In this document: positions 20,399 through 31,000 of the stretch, in pieces | How positions within the stretch are numbered: position 1 is the first letter of the stretch | Layout: each line of letters opens with the position of its first letter | Source: an uncultured Pseudomonadales bacterium | GTDB lineage: Bacteria > Patescibacteriota > Microgenomatia > UBA1400 > MFAQ01 | Length of the DNA stretch: 64,000 bases | Assembly (NCBI GenBank): GCA_964513845.1 | Contig: CAZENT010000003.1 | Coordinates: 70,809 to 134,808 of the forward strand | Direction: 5' to 3' | The notes under the pieces: model-generated | What the model saw: the letters and a program-made list of their open reading frames with translations, nothing else | Databases searched by the model: none | Told to the model about the DNA's origin: nothing | Made by a program: the position numbers and the translations under genes

Positions 20399-21040
20399 TT
20401 GATGGAAATAATTAAATACATTATCGATTTCTTTTTGCACATCGACAAAAATTTGGCGATTGTGATTGCACAGTACGGAACTTTGACCTATGTAATTTTA
20501 TTTGGAATAATTTTTATGGAAACGGGATTGGTGGTAACGCCTTTTCTTCCCGGAGACTCACTGCTTTTTGCAGCAGGAGCTTTGGCGGCGATGGGGTCAT
20601 TGAAAGTTGGATTTCTTTGGGTGCTGATGGTGGTCGCTGCAATACTGGGAGACACAGCAAACTACTGGATTGGACACAAGCTAGGGCGAGATGTTTTTGA
20701 TGGGAGAAGCCGATTTTTTAAAAAAGAATACTTGGATGAGGCTGAAGAGTTTTATGCCAAACATGGAGGGGCGGCAATATTTCTTGGACGCTTTGTGCCG
20801 ATTGTTCGCACCTTTGTACCCTTTGTGGCTGGGGTAAGTGAGATGAGCTATAAACATTTTATTACTTACAATATCATTGGCGGTTTGACTTGGGTTAGTT
20901 TGTTTCTTTTGGGAGGATTCTGGTTTGGAAACATCCCATTTGTTAAAGAAAACTTTCATTATGTCGTTATCATCATCGTTTTGATTTCTGTGGTGCCAAT
21001 TGTTTGGACGGCGATGAAGAGGAAGATGAAGAAGAAATAG
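20399..21040 (+). CDS. DedA/SNARE-associated family membrane protein
   Basis: VTPFLPGDSLLFAAGALAA motif and 4-5 TM helices. Confidence 0.75.
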   Translation: MMEIIKYIIDFFLHIDKNLAIVIAQYGTLTYVILFGIIFMETGLVVTPFLPGDSLLFAAGALAAMGSLKVGFLWVLMVVAAILGDTANYWIGHKLGRDVFDGRSRFFKKEYLDEAEEFYAKHGGAAIFLGRFVPIVRTFVPFVAGVSEMSYKHFITYNIIGGLTWVSLFLLGGFWFGNIPFVKENFHYVVIIIVLISVVPIVWTAMKRKMKKK

Positions 21041-21046
21041 AATATT

Positions 21047-21229
21047 CCTTCTTTTCTATTATTTGTCATTTAGTATTTTGTGACGTCGCCAGGGCGACCG
21101 TCGGTTCCTATTTTCTTGATTCTCGTCCGCTCATCGCGTAGACTCGCAGACAGTAGTCTTGCCATCAAGAAAATTACGGACGTGCGACTTATTGTCAAAA
21201 ATACTAAATTGCCAAACGAAAAGAGAAAT
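21047..21229 (+). repeat. intergenic palindromic repeat, family A copy 2
   Basis: Aligns end to end with copies 1 and 3. The hairpin loop differs (gtcgcc-ag-ggcgac) while the stem is kept. Confidence 0.8.
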
Positions 21230-21304
21230 ATTTAACTCTACTGTGAATTGCGGACTTTTTCTTGAGGAATAACTTATTTTTGTGAGCTGATGCTAGAATG
21301 AATT

Positions 21305-22240
21305 ATGGTTTGGAATATTTTAATGGGATTAGGATTGCTGCTGTTGATCGTTTTATCTTCAGGGGTAGTGGTTGATGTGTTTGAAAGATTTGTGATGAGA
21401 CTTCCAATAAAAAGAAATAGAATAACGATGATTCTCATTGGGTTCTCTTTGGCTTTGCCTGAACTGTTTGTAGGAATAGCGGCCGCACTTGACGGAAAAC
21501 CACAGATGGCTTTGGGAACTGTTGTTGGCGCAAACATGGCAAATCTGAGTTTAATTATCGGAGGTCTGGCTGTAATCGCTGCGGTAATCCCTGTGGTGGG
21601 TGAGTACGTGGAAAAAGACTTGTGGGTGACTGTTGGGCTAGCACTAATGCCATTTTTAATGCTTTTTGACGGAACAATTACAAAACTCGAGGGTGGAGTG
21701 TTGATTGTGCTTTACTTTGTATACGCTCTTTTCCTTTCAAATGAAAAAGTAATCGCAAAACAATCGAAGACTAAAATTACCGGTTTTGAGAAGTGGGGAT
21801 TGCCTGTAGTGCTGATACTAGGTGTTTTGATAATGGCAGTTTGTTCTTGGCAATTGGTCCAAATAGCAGTGAGAATTGCAGCTGTTTGGGGGGTGAGTTG
21901 GTTTTGGATGGGATTGCTTTTAATCGCGTTCGGAACAACCTTGCCGGAGTTGCTTTTAATTTCATTTTCTAGAAAAAAACATAAAGCAAGTTTGGCATTA
22001 CCCGACTTACTTTCGAGCGTAGTGATGAACTCAACCGTAATTTTGGGAATAGTGGCTCTAATTACTCCAATAATAATTAAAGAGTCGGTACAAAGAGGCT
22101 TGTCGGGAATGTTTTTGGTGATTATCCTCGGGTTGTTTTGGTTATTTACCAAGTCGAAAAAGAAACTAGAAAGATGGGAGGGGGTAGTCCTGATCGGAGC
22201 TTACTTGATGTTTATCGGACTACAGTTTATTTTTGCTTAA
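21305..22240 (+). CDS. Ca2+/cation antiporter (CaCA family, YrbG-like sodium/calcium exchanger)
   Basis: Two internal repeats each with the alpha-repeat signature (GANMANLS..., GTTLPELLLIS) and about 10 TM helices. Confidence 0.7.
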   Translation: MVWNILMGLGLLLLIVLSSGVVVDVFERFVMRLPIKRNRITMILIGFSLALPELFVGIAAALDGKPQMALGTVVGANMANLSLIIGGLAVIAAVIPVVGEYVEKDLWVTVGLALMPFLMLFDGTITKLEGGVLIVLYFVYALFLSNEKVIAKQSKTKITGFEKWGLPVVLILGVLIMAVCSWQLVQIAVRIAAVWGVSWFWMGLLLIAFGTTLPELLLISFSRKKHKASLALPDLLSSVVMNSTVILGIVALITPIIIKESVQRGLSGMFLVIILGLFWLFTKSKKKLERWEGVVLIGAYLMFIGLQFIFA

Positions 22241-22243
22241 CAG

Positions 22244-23107
22244 CTAATCGTCACTTTCTTCAAGACTGAGAAGAGCTTTTATTTGGTTCAAAATACTCTT
22301 CCTGGGTTTTCTTTTAATAAAGACTTTTTGGAGATTCTTGAAGAAATCGGAAGTGGGATTGGCTTTTTCTAGATATTCACCACCCATGGGGTATTCTTTT
22401 TTTTGATCAACTTTCTGATTGGTCATAATCTTTAGATTAAGGATGGCATATCTTTGAAGGAGTTTAAGAGTGCCAATTTTGCGAAAGCGTCTTAAGGAAT
22501 AAACATAGCGAGGTTCACGAATAACAGAGAAAGAAAAGCCCTTATTATATCCACGGCGGACAAATTCAGTGTCTTCAGCAAAGCCAACTTCAGGATTAAA
22601 GCCTCCAATTTTGCCAAAGCGTTTTCGGAGACAACCAATCATGGCTCCGAGTGCTCCAGGAGTCCCAACCATTAGACCTGTTTCGGTAAGAAGGTTGAGA
22701 TAAGTGGCAATTGCTTTGTCAGATCTACGTTTAGAGTCCGGTAATATCCAGGTGGTGAACAAATCGCTTTGTTTGACTCCTAGGTGGTATTTGACGCCTT
22801 CAAGAAAGTGTTTTGGAAGACGATTGTCGGCATCGTTGAACATTAGATACTTTCCAACTCCGGCTTCACCACCCATATTTCTTTGAACTGAGACATTCCT
22901 GATTTTTGAATTTAGAATAGTGAGAGAAGGAAGGGTGTCTTTATAGTTTTTAGCGTATTCAACAGTTTTATCTTTGGAGTGGCCATCAACGACAATGACT
23001 TCAAAATCTTGAAGTGTTTGTGCCGCTAAATCTTTGAGAAGAAGGGGTAGAGATTTTTCTTCGTTTAGGCAGGGTATTACAATGGAAAAAAATGGTTCTT
23101 TATTCAT
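22244..23107 (-). CDS. glycosyltransferase family 2
   Basis: FSIVIPCLNEE...VIVVDGHSKDKT N-terminal GT-A motif and a DxD-like region. Confidence 0.75.
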   Translation of the reverse strand: MNKEPFFSIVIPCLNEEKSLPLLLKDLAAQTLQDFEVIVVDGHSKDKTVEYAKNYKDTLPSLTILNSKIRNVSVQRNMGGEAGVGKYLMFNDADNRLPKHFLEGVKYHLGVKQSDLFTTWILPDSKRRSDKAIATYLNLLTETGLMVGTPGALGAMIGCLRKRFGKIGGFNPEVGFAEDTEFVRRGYNKGFSFSVIREPRYVYSLRRFRKIGTLKLLQRYAILNLKIMTNQKVDQKKEYPMGGEYLEKANPTSDFFKNLQKVFIKRKPRKSILNQIKALLSLEESDD

Positions 23108-23126
23108 AGACTGATAGAATTATAGT

Positions 23127-23657
23127 ATGTATTTAATTGTTGGACTAGGTAACCCAGGTGAAGATTACGAAAAGACGCGACACAACGCAGGATTTTTGTT
23201 TGTAAATAAATTAGCCGGAAAAGAGAATTTTTCTGTTGACCAAAAAAAGGAAGCAGAGATGTTGAAGAAGGGTGAAATGATTTTGGCCAAGCCATTTACC
23301 TTTATGAATGACTCGGGAAGATCAGTGCGTAAGATTGTGGATTTTTATAAATTGCCAGTTGAAAAAGTAGTGATAGTTCACGATGATTTGGACATTGCCT
23401 TTGGTGAGTATAAGATTCAAAAAGAAGTGGGACCAAAAGTACACAATGGTGTGAAGTCAGTCGAACAGTATTTGGGAAGAAAAGACTTTTTGCGAGTGAG
23501 AATTGGAATTGATAATCGTCAACCTGACGTGAGCTATGGAACAGGCGCAGATTATGTTTTGTCTAAAATGAGCAAGGATGAGTTAAAGGAGATTGATGAA
23601 ACGATTGAAGAGATAGTAAAAGATTTAGCGGAAACTCTCGGCTTGAATATCAAATAA
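23127..23657 (+). CDS. pth: peptidyl-tRNA hydrolase
   Basis: MYLIVGLGNPGEDYEKTRHNAGF N terminus, at 176 aa. Confidence 0.9.
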   Translation: MYLIVGLGNPGEDYEKTRHNAGFLFVNKLAGKENFSVDQKKEAEMLKKGEMILAKPFTFMNDSGRSVRKIVDFYKLPVEKVVIVHDDLDIAFGEYKIQKEVGPKVHNGVKSVEQYLGRKDFLRVRIGIDNRQPDVSYGTGADYVLSKMSKDELKEIDETIEEIVKDLAETLGLNIK

Positions 23658-25430
23658 CTCTTTGTAGCGCCCCTTTTTGGCCATGAGATTCTCGTGGGTA
23701 CCGTACTCGACAACAGAGCCTTCTTCAAGAACCAAGATTTTGTCTGCTTTTCTGACAGTACTAAATCGATGAGAAACTAAAAAGATAATTTTTTCTTTGG
23801 CCACCTTTAGAACTTGAGTAAATATTTCTTCTTCCGATTGTGGGTCAACATTTGAAGTCGGTTCGTCGAGAATAAGAACTTCAGAAGGGCGATAAAGAAT
23901 GCGAGCAAGAGCGACTCTTTGCCAGAGCCCTTTGGATGGCTCAACACCATTTTTGAACTCCTTATCAAGTGGATTTTTGAAGCCTAATGGCAGTGACTCG
24001 ACAAAGTCAGTAATGCCGGTGAGCTTGGCGGCATGCTTAATTTTGCGCAAACTCTTCTTCTGAGAGATGTCTCCAAAACGAATATTGTCTTCAACAGAGA
24101 AAGGATATTGGGCAAAGTCTTGAAAAAGAGCCGAAAACTTAAAGCGATACTCTTTGATGTTGTAATCAGCGATGTTTTTACCATTGATAAGGATAATTCC
24201 TTTTTGGGGTTCGTAAAAACGACAAATGAGTTTGATTAGAGTAGTTTTGCCCGCTCCGTTTTGACCAACGATGGCAATGTTGTCGGTAGGATCAATTTTG
24301 AAGGAAACATCTTTGAGAATCCAGTTTTTTGACTGAGGGTACTTGAAATATACATGTTGGAACTCGATACCCTGATCTAGCTTTTCCGGAAAATGAATTC
24401 CTGTGTTTTGGTTTTCTTCAGGCAGAGCCATAAAAGTTTCGTAGTCAATAATGAATAGATAGTTTTGAAAGATGTCATTGGCCTGTCTGATTAAACGACT
24501 AACACTACTAATGAAACGATTAATGGCTTGGCTGGTAATTTGAGCTGTACCGAGAGTAATGACCTGAATAATGGCAAGATAGTAGAGATAAAGCCTTGTA
24601 CTTGTTTCAAACACAGAAAGAGGAAGGGAGGCAAGCTGGCGTTTTTTGGCGAAGTTGGCACTAAGACTTTGACGTCTGCCAAAAATTTCCTTGGCCATTT
24701 TGAAACGCCTTGTAAGTAGGATTTCTACATGACCGAGAATTTTATTTTCATAGAGATAGCGACCCTTGATGGCAAAGTCTTCGAGAGCGCTCCAAACTCG
24801 CCATTTTGGTGAAAATTCAGTGGAAAGAGCGTGCTGCGCCTTGGAAAAACCAACACCAATGATAATGTTGGGGACAGCCAGAATAATACAAGGAATGATA
24901 ATAAGAGGTTCAAAGGTGAGAATTGGAATGGCAGTAGAAATGATAGTAAGTAATAGTTCGGGGAAGGTGGAAATAGGAATGATAAGAGACCAGGCTGAAC
25001 GACCAGCGTTGTCGATAACTTTTTGAAGGATATTTCTGGTTTCGGGGTCTTCGGCGGTGGAAACTGGAAGAAGATTGATTTTTCTGGAGATAGAGATTTG
25101 AATTTTTTCGGAAAGAAGGTTTGAAAGCTGACCACTATAAACATTGTCTACCTCTTCGAGAATTTGTTGAACTCGATCAATAACAAGAGCAATTGCGGCT
25201 GAAATAATCATGCCTCTAATACCCGCACTGATGTCGTGAGTGGTAATAGCACTCATAACGGAGTCAATGAGAAGCTTACCAACCAACAAACTGGGATAGA
25301 CGAGAGCACCATTAAGAGCGTTGGCGAGAGTAACTTTGAGAAAGACTGATTTATCGGTGGCCCAGGCAATTTTTACGGTAGAAGAATAGGTCTTGATAAA
25401 CTCTTTGGCGTTTTGTAGAAGTTTGGGCAT
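23625..25430 (-). CDS. ABC transporter, fused permease/ATP-binding (exporter type)
   Basis: N-terminal 6-TM domain, then Walker A GQNGAGKTTL, a degenerate signature LSKGLWQRVALAR and Walker B ILDEPTSNVD. Confidence 0.8.
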   Translation of the reverse strand: MPKLLQNAKEFIKTYSSTVKIAWATDKSVFLKVTLANALNGALVYPSLLVGKLLIDSVMSAITTHDISAGIRGMIISAAIALVIDRVQQILEEVDNVYSGQLSNLLSEKIQISISRKINLLPVSTAEDPETRNILQKVIDNAGRSAWSLIIPISTFPELLLTIISTAIPILTFEPLIIIPCIILAVPNIIIGVGFSKAQHALSTEFSPKWRVWSALEDFAIKGRYLYENKILGHVEILLTRRFKMAKEIFGRRQSLSANFAKKRQLASLPLSVFETSTRLYLYYLAIIQVITLGTAQITSQAINRFISSVSRLIRQANDIFQNYLFIIDYETFMALPEENQNTGIHFPEKLDQGIEFQHVYFKYPQSKNWILKDVSFKIDPTDNIAIVGQNGAGKTTLIKLICRFYEPQKGIILINGKNIADYNIKEYRFKFSALFQDFAQYPFSVEDNIRFGDISQKKSLRKIKHAAKLTGITDFVESLPLGFKNPLDKEFKNGVEPSKGLWQRVALARILYRPSEVLILDEPTSNVDPQSEEEIFTQVLKVAKEKIIFLVSHRFSTVRKADKILVLEEGSVVEYGTHENLMAKKGRYKELFDIQAESFR

Positions 25431-25451
25431 GTAGTTTTATTTTACGTTAAA

Positions 25452-25757
25452 ATGCACGTAATGGATAAAGCTGGTTTCAAACCAATGATAAATATTTTGG
25501 ATAAGTATGATCTGGAAGAAACAAAACAGAGAAGAATTAGTCGCGAGTTTCAAGATTATGCTTATCGACTGGCGGTAGAGCTAGACGACACCGCTCACAC
25601 GGCTATCTATATGCGACTAGCAAAAAATACGCCAAGACCCGTAATTGAACAAGCTAGATTGTTTGTGTTGGGAGCAAACCATCCGACCAGTAAGGGAAAA
25701 CTATTTATGTGGAAACTGAAGCAAATTAAAGACGAGAATAAGGCTAAGGAGAAATAA
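25452..25757 (+). CDS. hypothetical protein
   Basis: ORF of 101 aa with no recognisable motif. Confidence 0.3.
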   Translation: MHVMDKAGFKPMINILDKYDLEETKQRRISREFQDYAYRLAVELDDTAHTAIYMRLAKNTPRPVIEQARLFVLGANHPTSKGKLFMWKLKQIKDENKAKEK

Positions 25758-25781
25758 CACTTTTGATAAGATGAATGGCAG

Positions 25782-27035
25782 ATGATAAAGAAATATGGTT
25801 TTGGTATATCTCGTGACTCGATGTGGGGGAAGGTTCTGACAATATCAGCAATTCTGTTTTTTGTGTACTTAGGAGATGCAATTTTGAGTGATTGGGTCCC
25901 TTCTTATATGCAAATTGCTTTGGGTAGCTCTTTGTTGATGGGTTTGGTCTTTTCGTTTTCTTCTGTCATTGGATTCATAAGTGATTTGATTTTTCCTCAG
26001 TTATTGCGGAAATTTAAGGCAAGGAAATTGATTCTATTAGCTATGGGGGCAAGTTTGATTTTTTCCGGAGTACTAATGTGGACAACAACTTGGTCGTGGT
26101 TGATACTGCTTCTGTTGGCTATGGCTGTGTGGGGAGTTTATTACGAACTGCTTTGGTTTGGATCGGCTCAGTTTGTATCCGACAACGTACCTGCCCAGTC
26201 ACGTTCTGGAGTGTGGGGAGTTTTGGGTGTGTTCAAAAGCTTGGCATATTTTTTAGGCCCGATATTTGGTAGTTGGCTGACCATTAGTCGAGGAGACTTG
26301 GCTGTGATTATCACTGCTGCAGCGGTGGTTTGCGTTGGATACATAATTTGGGTGCTAACCAAAAGGAAAGAAAAAAATTGTGAACAAGAGAGTGAGCCGA
26401 TGGAAAAATTTAATATTTGGGAAGAGTTTGGGTATTGGAAAGTATTATCTGTTCATGTGTGGCCTGTACTCTTGATTAGTTTGATGATGGGTTTGATTGA
26501 TGCAACTTACTGGACAACCGGAGCGGTATTGTCCGACAATTTAGCTAGAAGTGGTTTTTGGGGAGGTCTATTTTTGCCAGCATATATGTTGGCGCCAATA
26601 TTTATGGGGGTAGTCTTGGCAAAATGGGGAGTCTATAAGGGAAAGAAAAAAATTGCCGAGCTTTTTCTACTTTTTGCCGGAATATTTCTAGCTTGTTTGG
26701 GGTTGAAAGAAAGTGTGTGGGTGATGCTGTTGCTATCTTTGTTAATTGGAGTTTCTTTGTCAATTGCTTGGCCAATGGTGGATGCGGTATATTCAGATAT
26801 TTTGGCTAGAATGGGAAAGGAGCGAAAGCACTTGGTTGGTCTGTCTAGTTCAACGGTGAGCGTGGCGTATATTATCGGGCCGATAACGGCGGGATTTATT
26901 TCCAGCCAAGTGGGTGAAAGAGTGACCTTCGCAATTGTTGGAGTAATGGCAATATTGGTGGCTGTAATACTCTTAATTGTCACACCAAAAAAACTGAAAC
27001 TGCCTCAAGCGAAGATAGCCGAATGGAAGGGTTAG
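25782..27035 (+). CDS. MFS transporter
   Basis: About 12 predicted TM helices in two halves with MFS-like loop motifs. Confidence 0.65.
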   Translation: MIKKYGFGISRDSMWGKVLTISAILFFVYLGDAILSDWVPSYMQIALGSSLLMGLVFSFSSVIGFISDLIFPQLLRKFKARKLILLAMGASLIFSGVLMWTTTWSWLILLLLAMAVWGVYYELLWFGSAQFVSDNVPAQSRSGVWGVLGVFKSLAYFLGPIFGSWLTISRGDLAVIITAAAVVCVGYIIWVLTKRKEKNCEQESEPMEKFNIWEEFGYWKVLSVHVWPVLLISLMMGLIDATYWTTGAVLSDNLARSGFWGGLFLPAYMLAPIFMGVVLAKWGVYKGKKKIAELFLLFAGIFLACLGLKESVWVMLLLSLLIGVSLSIAWPMVDAVYSDILARMGKERKHLVGLSSSTVSVAYIIGPITAGFISSQVGERVTFAIVGVMAILVAVILLIVTPKKLKLPQAKIAEWKG

Positions 27036-27061
27036 TGCGGATTGTGTATGATTAAAGAAGA

Positions 27062-27616
27062 ATGTTTAAAGGAAAGTTGTGGCTTCATCAATTGGTTTTG
27101 TTTGGATTTTTGGCAATTTTGATTTTGTGGAGTGTAATCAACAAAACATTTTTATTCGATTTAAATTTTTTGTGGTGGCTTTTGGGTGCGATGATTGGAT
27201 TTTTGTTTGTGTTTCTAGATAGGTTTGTTTACAGTGTGATATCCAGACCAAATGAAACCTTAAGCTTGCGTATTCGAGAACTGTTTGGACAAAACAATAT
27301 TGCGGAAGGAGTAAGACTGTTGTTGGCTGAGAGATACGAACAAAAAGAACTGGTAATGAGAAGTGCGATGTTTTTGGTGGTTTGGATTGTGTTGGCATTT
27401 TTTACCATGACGAGTGTGTTGAGTTTTTTTGCTAGAGGCTTTGTACTGGGAATTGGGATTCATCTGATGTTTGATCTGATTTATGATTTCAGAAACGATA
27501 AAGAAAGACTGGATCTTTGGTTTTGGCAAATAAAGCGAACTCTTGAGCCAGAAGAAAAGTTTGGCTTTGTAGTGATTACCGGGATTGCCTTTCTCCTAAT
27601 CGCTTTTAATCTATAA
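27062..27616 (+). CDS. hypothetical membrane protein
   Basis: Four to five hydrophobic helices and no motifs. Confidence 0.35.
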   Translation: MFKGKLWLHQLVLFGFLAILILWSVINKTFLFDLNFLWWLLGAMIGFLFVFLDRFVYSVISRPNETLSLRIRELFGQNNIAEGVRLLLAERYEQKELVMRSAMFLVVWIVLAFFTMTSVLSFFARGFVLGIGIHLMFDLIYDFRNDKERLDLWFWQIKRTLEPEEKFGFVVITGIAFLLIAFNL

Positions 27617-27661
27617 GATCTATTTGACTTGTGAGGTTTTTTGATATACCATGGGGGGTAT

Positions 27662-27889
27662 ATGTCAATAGAAGAAAAAAAGAAATTGCAGGTAATGCTA
27701 AAAAGAATTCAGGGGCAGGTAGGGGGAATTGAGCGAATGGTGGGAGATGATAAAAATTGTGAAGCAGTGGTGACCCAGGTGGTGGCCTCAATGAGTTCAC
27801 TTAAGAGCGTAGCAAAGACTTTATTGGCCGACGCGGTTGGTAGTTGTTCAAAAGAAGAATATACTAAATTGTTGAAGAGATTTCTTTAA
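27662..27889 (+). CDS. metal-sensing transcriptional repressor, CsoR/RcnR/FrmR (DUF156) family
   Basis: Four-helix-bundle-sized protein with conserved Cys/His positions (DKNCEAV...GSC) as in CsoR-family sensors. Start moved to MSIEEKKK. Confidence 0.5.
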   Translation: MSIEEKKKLQVMLKRIQGQVGGIERMVGDDKNCEAVVTQVVASMSSLKSVAKTLLADAVGSCSKEEYTKLLKRFL

Positions 27890-27918
27890 AAATTATTAAT
27901 AAATATAAACAAAAAAAT

Positions 27919-28242
27919 ATGGAATTAGTTCACTTTACAGATGCAAATTTTGACGAAATGGTTTTGAAAGCAGAAAAACCTGTCCTGGTTGATTTTTTTG
28001 CCGATTGGTGTGGACCATGTAGAATGGTCGCCCCGGTGATTGAAGAGATTGCAAAAAATTATGGTGAGAAAATGATTGTGGGCAAGGTTGATGTGGATGC
28101 CAATTCCGGTGTGGCCGGAAAGTACGGAGTTATGAGTATTCCAACAGTCGTTTTATTTGTAGGAGGAAAAGAAGTGTCTCGACAGGTCGGTTTCGGTGGA
28201 AAAGAAGTTTATGAAGAAATGGTTAAAAAAACCGTTAAATAA
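27919..28242 (+). CDS. trxA: thioredoxin
   Basis: WCGPC active site, at 107 aa. Confidence 0.85.
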   Translation: MELVHFTDANFDEMVLKAEKPVLVDFFADWCGPCRMVAPVIEEIAKNYGEKMIVGKVDVDANSGVAGKYGVMSIPTVVLFVGGKEVSRQVGFGGKEVYEEMVKKTVK

Positions 28243-28246
28243 ATAG

Positions 28247-29227
28247 ATGAAGAAATACGACGTAATTGTAGTTGGAGGAGGTCCAAGTGGCTATACCAGT
28301 GCAATTTATTTAGGCAGAGATACCTTGTCGGTATTGGTTTTGGCTGGGGCACAACCAGGAGGTCAACTAATCTTCACAACCGAAGTAGAGAACTTTCCTG
28401 GATTTTCTAAGGGGATAATGGGACCAGACTTGATGATGGAAATGGAAGCTCAGGCAAAAAGATTCGGAGCGGAAGTGCTGTATTCTGAAGTGACCAAAGT
28501 TGATCTTGCTGGAAAAGTTAAAAAAGTATGGGTTGGAGAAACTGAGTATGAAGCCAAAGCGGTAGTCATTTCAACCGGAGCGTCATCAAAAATGATCGGT
28601 GTCGGAGAAGAAGCGTATGTTGGTCGTGGAGTAAGCACGTGTGCTGTTTGCGATGCAGCTTTCTATAAAGGTAAAAAAACTTTTGTTGTGGGTGGCGGGG
28701 ATGCGGCAATGGAAGACGCAATGGCCCTCACAAAATTTGCTGATGAGGTAACGATTGTCCATCGCAGAGATGAGTTTAGGGCCAGTAAAATTATGCAAGA
28801 ACGCGTACTTTCTAACCCTAAAGTAAAGGTGATGTGGAATAGTGAGGTTGTTGGAATTGCAGGAGAACCAAAACTTTCATCAATTAAAGTGAAGAATGTG
28901 AAGACAAATATCGTTACTGAGCATCAGTTGGATGGATTGTTTGTCGCTATTGGTCATGTGCCAACGACAAAACTATTTGAAGGAAAACTAGAATTAAACG
29001 AAAAAGGATATTTAACAACGACAATGACAGCTTTGATGTCCGACATTAAATGGAGAGTATCGGAAAAAGACATGTATCTGGATGGCTATCCTACAATGAC
29101 TTCCATGGAAGGAGTTTTTGGTTGCGGGGATGTGGTGGATTATCGATATCGACAAGCAATCACAGCAGCTGGAATGGGATGCCAGGCAGCGTTGGACGTA
29201 GAAAAATGGTTAGCAGATCAAAAATAA
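28247..29227 (+). CDS. trxB: thioredoxin-disulfide reductase
   Basis: FAD motif VIVVGGGPSG, redox-active CAVCDA and an NADPH motif. Confidence 0.9.
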   Translation: MKKYDVIVVGGGPSGYTSAIYLGRDTLSVLVLAGAQPGGQLIFTTEVENFPGFSKGIMGPDLMMEMEAQAKRFGAEVLYSEVTKVDLAGKVKKVWVGETEYEAKAVVISTGASSKMIGVGEEAYVGRGVSTCAVCDAAFYKGKKTFVVGGGDAAMEDAMALTKFADEVTIVHRRDEFRASKIMQERVLSNPKVKVMWNSEVVGIAGEPKLSSIKVKNVKTNIVTEHQLDGLFVAIGHVPTTKLFEGKLELNEKGYLTTTMTALMSDIKWRVSEKDMYLDGYPTMTSMEGVFGCGDVVDYRYRQAITAAGMGCQAALDVEKWLADQK

Positions 29228-29237
29228 AATTCCTAAC

Positions 29238-30983
29238 TTGACCGAGAACGATATTACTATGAGCATTAAACAAACATTAAGAGAGGCGATTGTAGAATTA
29301 GCTTTGGGCAAAGAATTTACGGTGGAACATCCAGCAGATGAAAAGATGGGTGACTATTCTACAAATATTGCCATGGTTTTGGCAAAAGAGCTTCAGAGAA
29401 ACCCGAGAGAGTTGGCGGTGGATTTGGTGGGAAAGTTGGAAAAAAATGTAAATTTGGAAACCATTGTAGAAAAAATGGAAGTGGCTGGACCAGGATTTAT
29501 AAACTTTTATCTAAGAAATGATTTTCTTTTGAATGAGATGAAAGAAGTACTTCTAGAAAAAGAAAACTATGGTCGAAATGAAGCACTGTTGCAAAAAAAA
29601 GTGATAGTGGAGTATACAGATCCGAATCCGTTTAAACAGTTCCACATTGGCCATTTGATGAGTAATGCTATAGGAGAGTCTTTGTCTCGCTTGTTGGAGT
29701 TTCAAGGAGCTGTTTTGAAACGGGCAAACTACCAAGGAGATGTTGGGCTTCATGTGGCGAAGTGTATTTATGGACTGAGAGAGTTGTTTTCTGAGAAAAG
29801 TATCGATGTTGATGATTTGGCTAAATTGAGTTTGGATAATCGAGTGAAGTTTATGGGGGATGCTTATGTACGTGGAGCAAAAGAGTATGAAGAAATGGAA
29901 AAAGTGAAGACGGATATTGATGAGCTTAATAGAGTTATTTATAATAGAGAAGATGAAAAAGTAAACATCGTTTATGACTTGGGAAGAAAATGGAGCTTGG
30001 AGTATTTTGAAGTGGTATATAAAAAATTAGGAACGAAGTTCGACGAATATTTTTTTGAGAGTGAGATGAGTGAGGTGAGTCTTGGGCTGGTGGTCGAGTA
30101 TCTGATAAAAGGAGTGTTTGAGGAAAGTCAGGGGGCGGTAATTTTTGATGGGGAAAAATACGGATTACACACTAGAGTTTTTAAAAACAAGATGGGCTTG
30201 CCCACTTATGAGGCAAAAGAATTAGCACTGATTCGCGCTAAATTTGAGAGATTTAATTATGACAAATCAGTGATTGTGACGGCAAATGAAATCAATGAGT
30301 ATTTTAAGGTTTTGTTGAAAGCGGCCAGCTTTATCTATCCTGATTTGGCAGAAAGAACAGTTCATATTGGCCATGGCATGCTAAGGTTAAAAAACGGCAA
30401 AATGTCTTCCAGAACAGGACAGGTAGTGACAGGTGAAAGTTTGATGGCTGAAGTGAGTGACGAAATTTTGAAAAAAATGGAAGAATCGGGCAGAGGAAAA
30501 GAAATAAAAGATCTTGAAAGTGTGATTATGAAAGTGGCTATCGGGGCGATAAAGTACTCAATGCTCAAACAAAGTCCAGGGAAAGATATCTCTTTTGATT
30601 TTGAAACGTCGTTGTCTTTTGAGGGAGATAGCGGCCCATATCTACAGTACGCTTATGCAAGATCGATGAGTGTATTGGAAAAGGCAGGGAATAAAGAAAT
30701 TGAGTTGAAAAATATCACAACATTAACGAGTGAAGAGAAGAATTTACTGAGATGGATTTATCGATTCCCAGAGATGGTAGAAGTGGCGGGGAATAATTTA
30801 TCACCTAACTTGATTTGTTCTTACCTAATTGAACTATCGTCGAGATTTAATCTCTTTTACGCCAATTGTAAAATAGTAGGAACTGACTCGGAAATGTTTA
30901 GATTATCTTTGACAAAAGCGATGGCTCAAGTACTTTCAAATGGATTGTGGCTTTTGGGAATTGAGACAGTGGAGAAGATGTAA
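29238..30983 (+). CDS. argS: arginyl-tRNA synthetase
   Basis: TDPNPFKQFHIGH (HIGH), ArgRS-type catalytic core and a C-terminal DALR anticodon-binding region, at 581 aa. Confidence 0.85.
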   Translation: MTENDITMSIKQTLREAIVELALGKEFTVEHPADEKMGDYSTNIAMVLAKELQRNPRELAVDLVGKLEKNVNLETIVEKMEVAGPGFINFYLRNDFLLNEMKEVLLEKENYGRNEALLQKKVIVEYTDPNPFKQFHIGHLMSNAIGESLSRLLEFQGAVLKRANYQGDVGLHVAKCIYGLRELFSEKSIDVDDLAKLSLDNRVKFMGDAYVRGAKEYEEMEKVKTDIDELNRVIYNREDEKVNIVYDLGRKWSLEYFEVVYKKLGTKFDEYFFESEMSEVSLGLVVEYLIKGVFEESQGAVIFDGEKYGLHTRVFKNKMGLPTYEAKELALIRAKFERFNYDKSVIVTANEINEYFKVLLKAASFIYPDLAERTVHIGHGMLRLKNGKMSSRTGQVVTGESLMAEVSDEILKKMEESGRGKEIKDLESVIMKVAIGAIKYSMLKQSPGKDISFDFETSLSFEGDSGPYLQYAYARSMSVLEKAGNKEIELKNITTLTSEEKNLLRWIYRFPEMVEVAGNNLSPNLICSYLIELSSRFNLFYANCKIVGTDSEMFRLSLTKAMAQVLSNGLWLLGIETVEKM

Positions 30984-31000
30984 ACTGGTAAAATAAACGC

